The notes under the pieces were generated by a model. That model searched no databases. It had not been told where the DNA came from and saw nothing but the letters and a program-made list of their open reading frames with translations. From Candidatus Babeliales bacterium (lineage in GTDB: Bacteria > Babelota > Babeliae > Babelales > Vermiphilaceae), in NCBI GenBank assembly GCA_963743635.1, contig CAVUQO010000002.1:512001-576000 (forward strand): DNA of 64,000 nucleotides. Direction: 5' to 3'. Shown here one piece after another: positions 62,853 through 64,000 of the stretch (position 1 is its first letter; every line of letters starts with the position of its first letter). The translations under genes and the position numbers were made by a program.

Positions 62853-64000
62853 ATGCAAAAAAGACACATTATTATTGGAAGCTCGGCAGCGGGGTTGAGT
62901 GCTGCAAAACGATTGGCGATTCTTGCGCCCAAGGATGAAATTATATGTATTTCGGATGAGCCGGTTTTGCCCTATAATAAGTGTCATCTTGCTTCCTACT
63001 TAGCAGGAGAAAAACAGGAAATTGAGGTTCTGACGTTGCAGCCAGAAGAGTTGGAAAATAAAGGAATTACCTTCAATCTTGGGGTGCGCGTATTAAATAT
63101 TGATACGGATGCGCAGGAAGTTACCTGCGATGATGGCAGTGTGTTGCACTATGATACGCTCTTTATTGGCACCGGAAGCTCTCCTAAGATGCCTCCCATT
63201 TTAAATATTCGTGATTGCAAAGGTGTGCTTACCTTTCATTCGCTCGAAGATGCGCAGCGATTATTGCACCTGAAGGCAGAGAAAAAATTGCATACCGCGA
63301 TCATTATTGGTGCAGGCCTCAGTGGACTTGAATGCGCTGATGCATTACGATCTCACGGCGTCGAAGTGCATGTAATTGAATTGCGCGATCGAGTATTGAG
63401 CCAACAAGTGAATGCTGCGGGGGCTGCACTCATACAGACCAATATGGAGAAAGTTGGTATCCATTTTTACCCCAATCAGCAGGTAACGCAGATTCTGGAT
63501 ATTGATGGTTTTGTTTCGGGCGTATTGCTGGCCGACGGCCGATCTCTGACTGCAGATACAGTGATTGTTACGACCGGGCTTAAACCCAACACCGAACTGC
63601 TTGATAATACCTCCATAGAACGCCTCCAAGGGCATATTATGGTTAATGAGTATATGCAGACTAATCTGTCGGGCGTATATGCTGGCGGGGATGCTTGCAT
63701 GGTTATTGATCAAATTACCGGAGAGCGTGTGCCGAGTCGGGCTTGGTCCGACGCCATGCTCCAGGGGCTGACAGCCGCCTTCAATATGGTTGGGCAGAGA
63801 AAAATCTATCCTGGGACTGCTGTGGTTACCAGTTCAGCTTTCTTCAGCCTTAAATTTGCCACTTGCGGTGATGTGGTTGATATAGCCTCAAATAGTCAGG
63901 TACAGGAGGTCTCCACCTCCGATTCTTACCAGCTTTTTGTTACCAAAAATGGCATTTTGCGTGGTTTTCTCCTGGTTGGGGATACCAGTAAACTCAATCA
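62853..64000 (+). CDS. FAD/NAD(P)-dependent oxidoreductase (NirB/rubredoxin reductase-like), runs off the window end
   Basis: ATG at 62853: MQKRHIIIGSSAAGLSAA..., YDTLFIGTGS, IIIGAGLSGLECA, MQTNLSGVYAGGD. Confidence 0.9.
   Translation, partial: MQKRHIIIGSSAAGLSAAKRLAILAPKDEIICISDEPVLPYNKCHLASYLAGEKQEIEVLTLQPEELENKGITFNLGVRVLNIDTDAQEVTCDDGSVLHYDTLFIGTGSSPKMPPILNIRDCKGVLTFHSLEDAQRLLHLKAEKKLHTAIIIGAGLSGLECADALRSHGVEVHVIELRDRVLSQQVNAAGAALIQTNMEKVGIHFYPNQQVTQILDIDGFVSGVLLADGRSLTADTVIVTTGLKPNTELLDNTSIERLQGHIMVNEYMQTNLSGVYAGGDACMVIDQITGERVPSRAWSDAMLQGLTAAFNMVGQRKIYPGTAVVTSSAFFSLKFATCGDVVDIASNSQVQEVSTSDSYQLFVTKNGILRGFLLVGDTSKLN

Noticed and set aside
63345..63713. Minus-strand ORFs at the window end
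   Set aside because: Antisense to the plus-strand FAD-dependent oxidoreductase, which the ORF track missed because it has no stop codon in the window

Overview
Bacterial chromosomal window of about 40% GC. Gene content and style suggest an intracellular parasite of protists, probably phylum Dependentiae/Babelota (TM6); this is an inference, not a database result. Housekeeping genes (rpmE end, prfA, pyrG, brnQ, ppsA, pheS, dnaE, yicC, yebC, ruvB, rodA, uvrA, mutS, rplU, tlyA, htrA-like, glyQS, trkH/trkA, 5 tRNAs) are interspersed with about 25 orphan genes carrying signal peptides, many ending in A-M or G-M. Several genes in the first ~38.5 kb are broken by single-base indels that are most likely sequencing errors. 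Main highlights: (1) a 7-gene cassette-like array (37.1-43.6 kb) in which every unit carries a decayed copy of the uvrA 3' end plus terminator and a conserved promoter/RBS/signal-peptide module fused to largely unrelated cargo; (2) a candidate secreted ubiquitin toolkit of two Josephin/CE-like cysteine peptidases, two RING proteins and four UIM-like proteins; (3) a secreted J-domain protein with a mitochondrial-presequence-like segment; (4) tRNA-3'-end-associated repeats, namely a 98-bp tandem array, a 60-bp MITE-like element and REP-like palindromes flanking a GIY-YIG nuclease. No CRISPR array, integrase, transposase or reverse transcriptase was seen.
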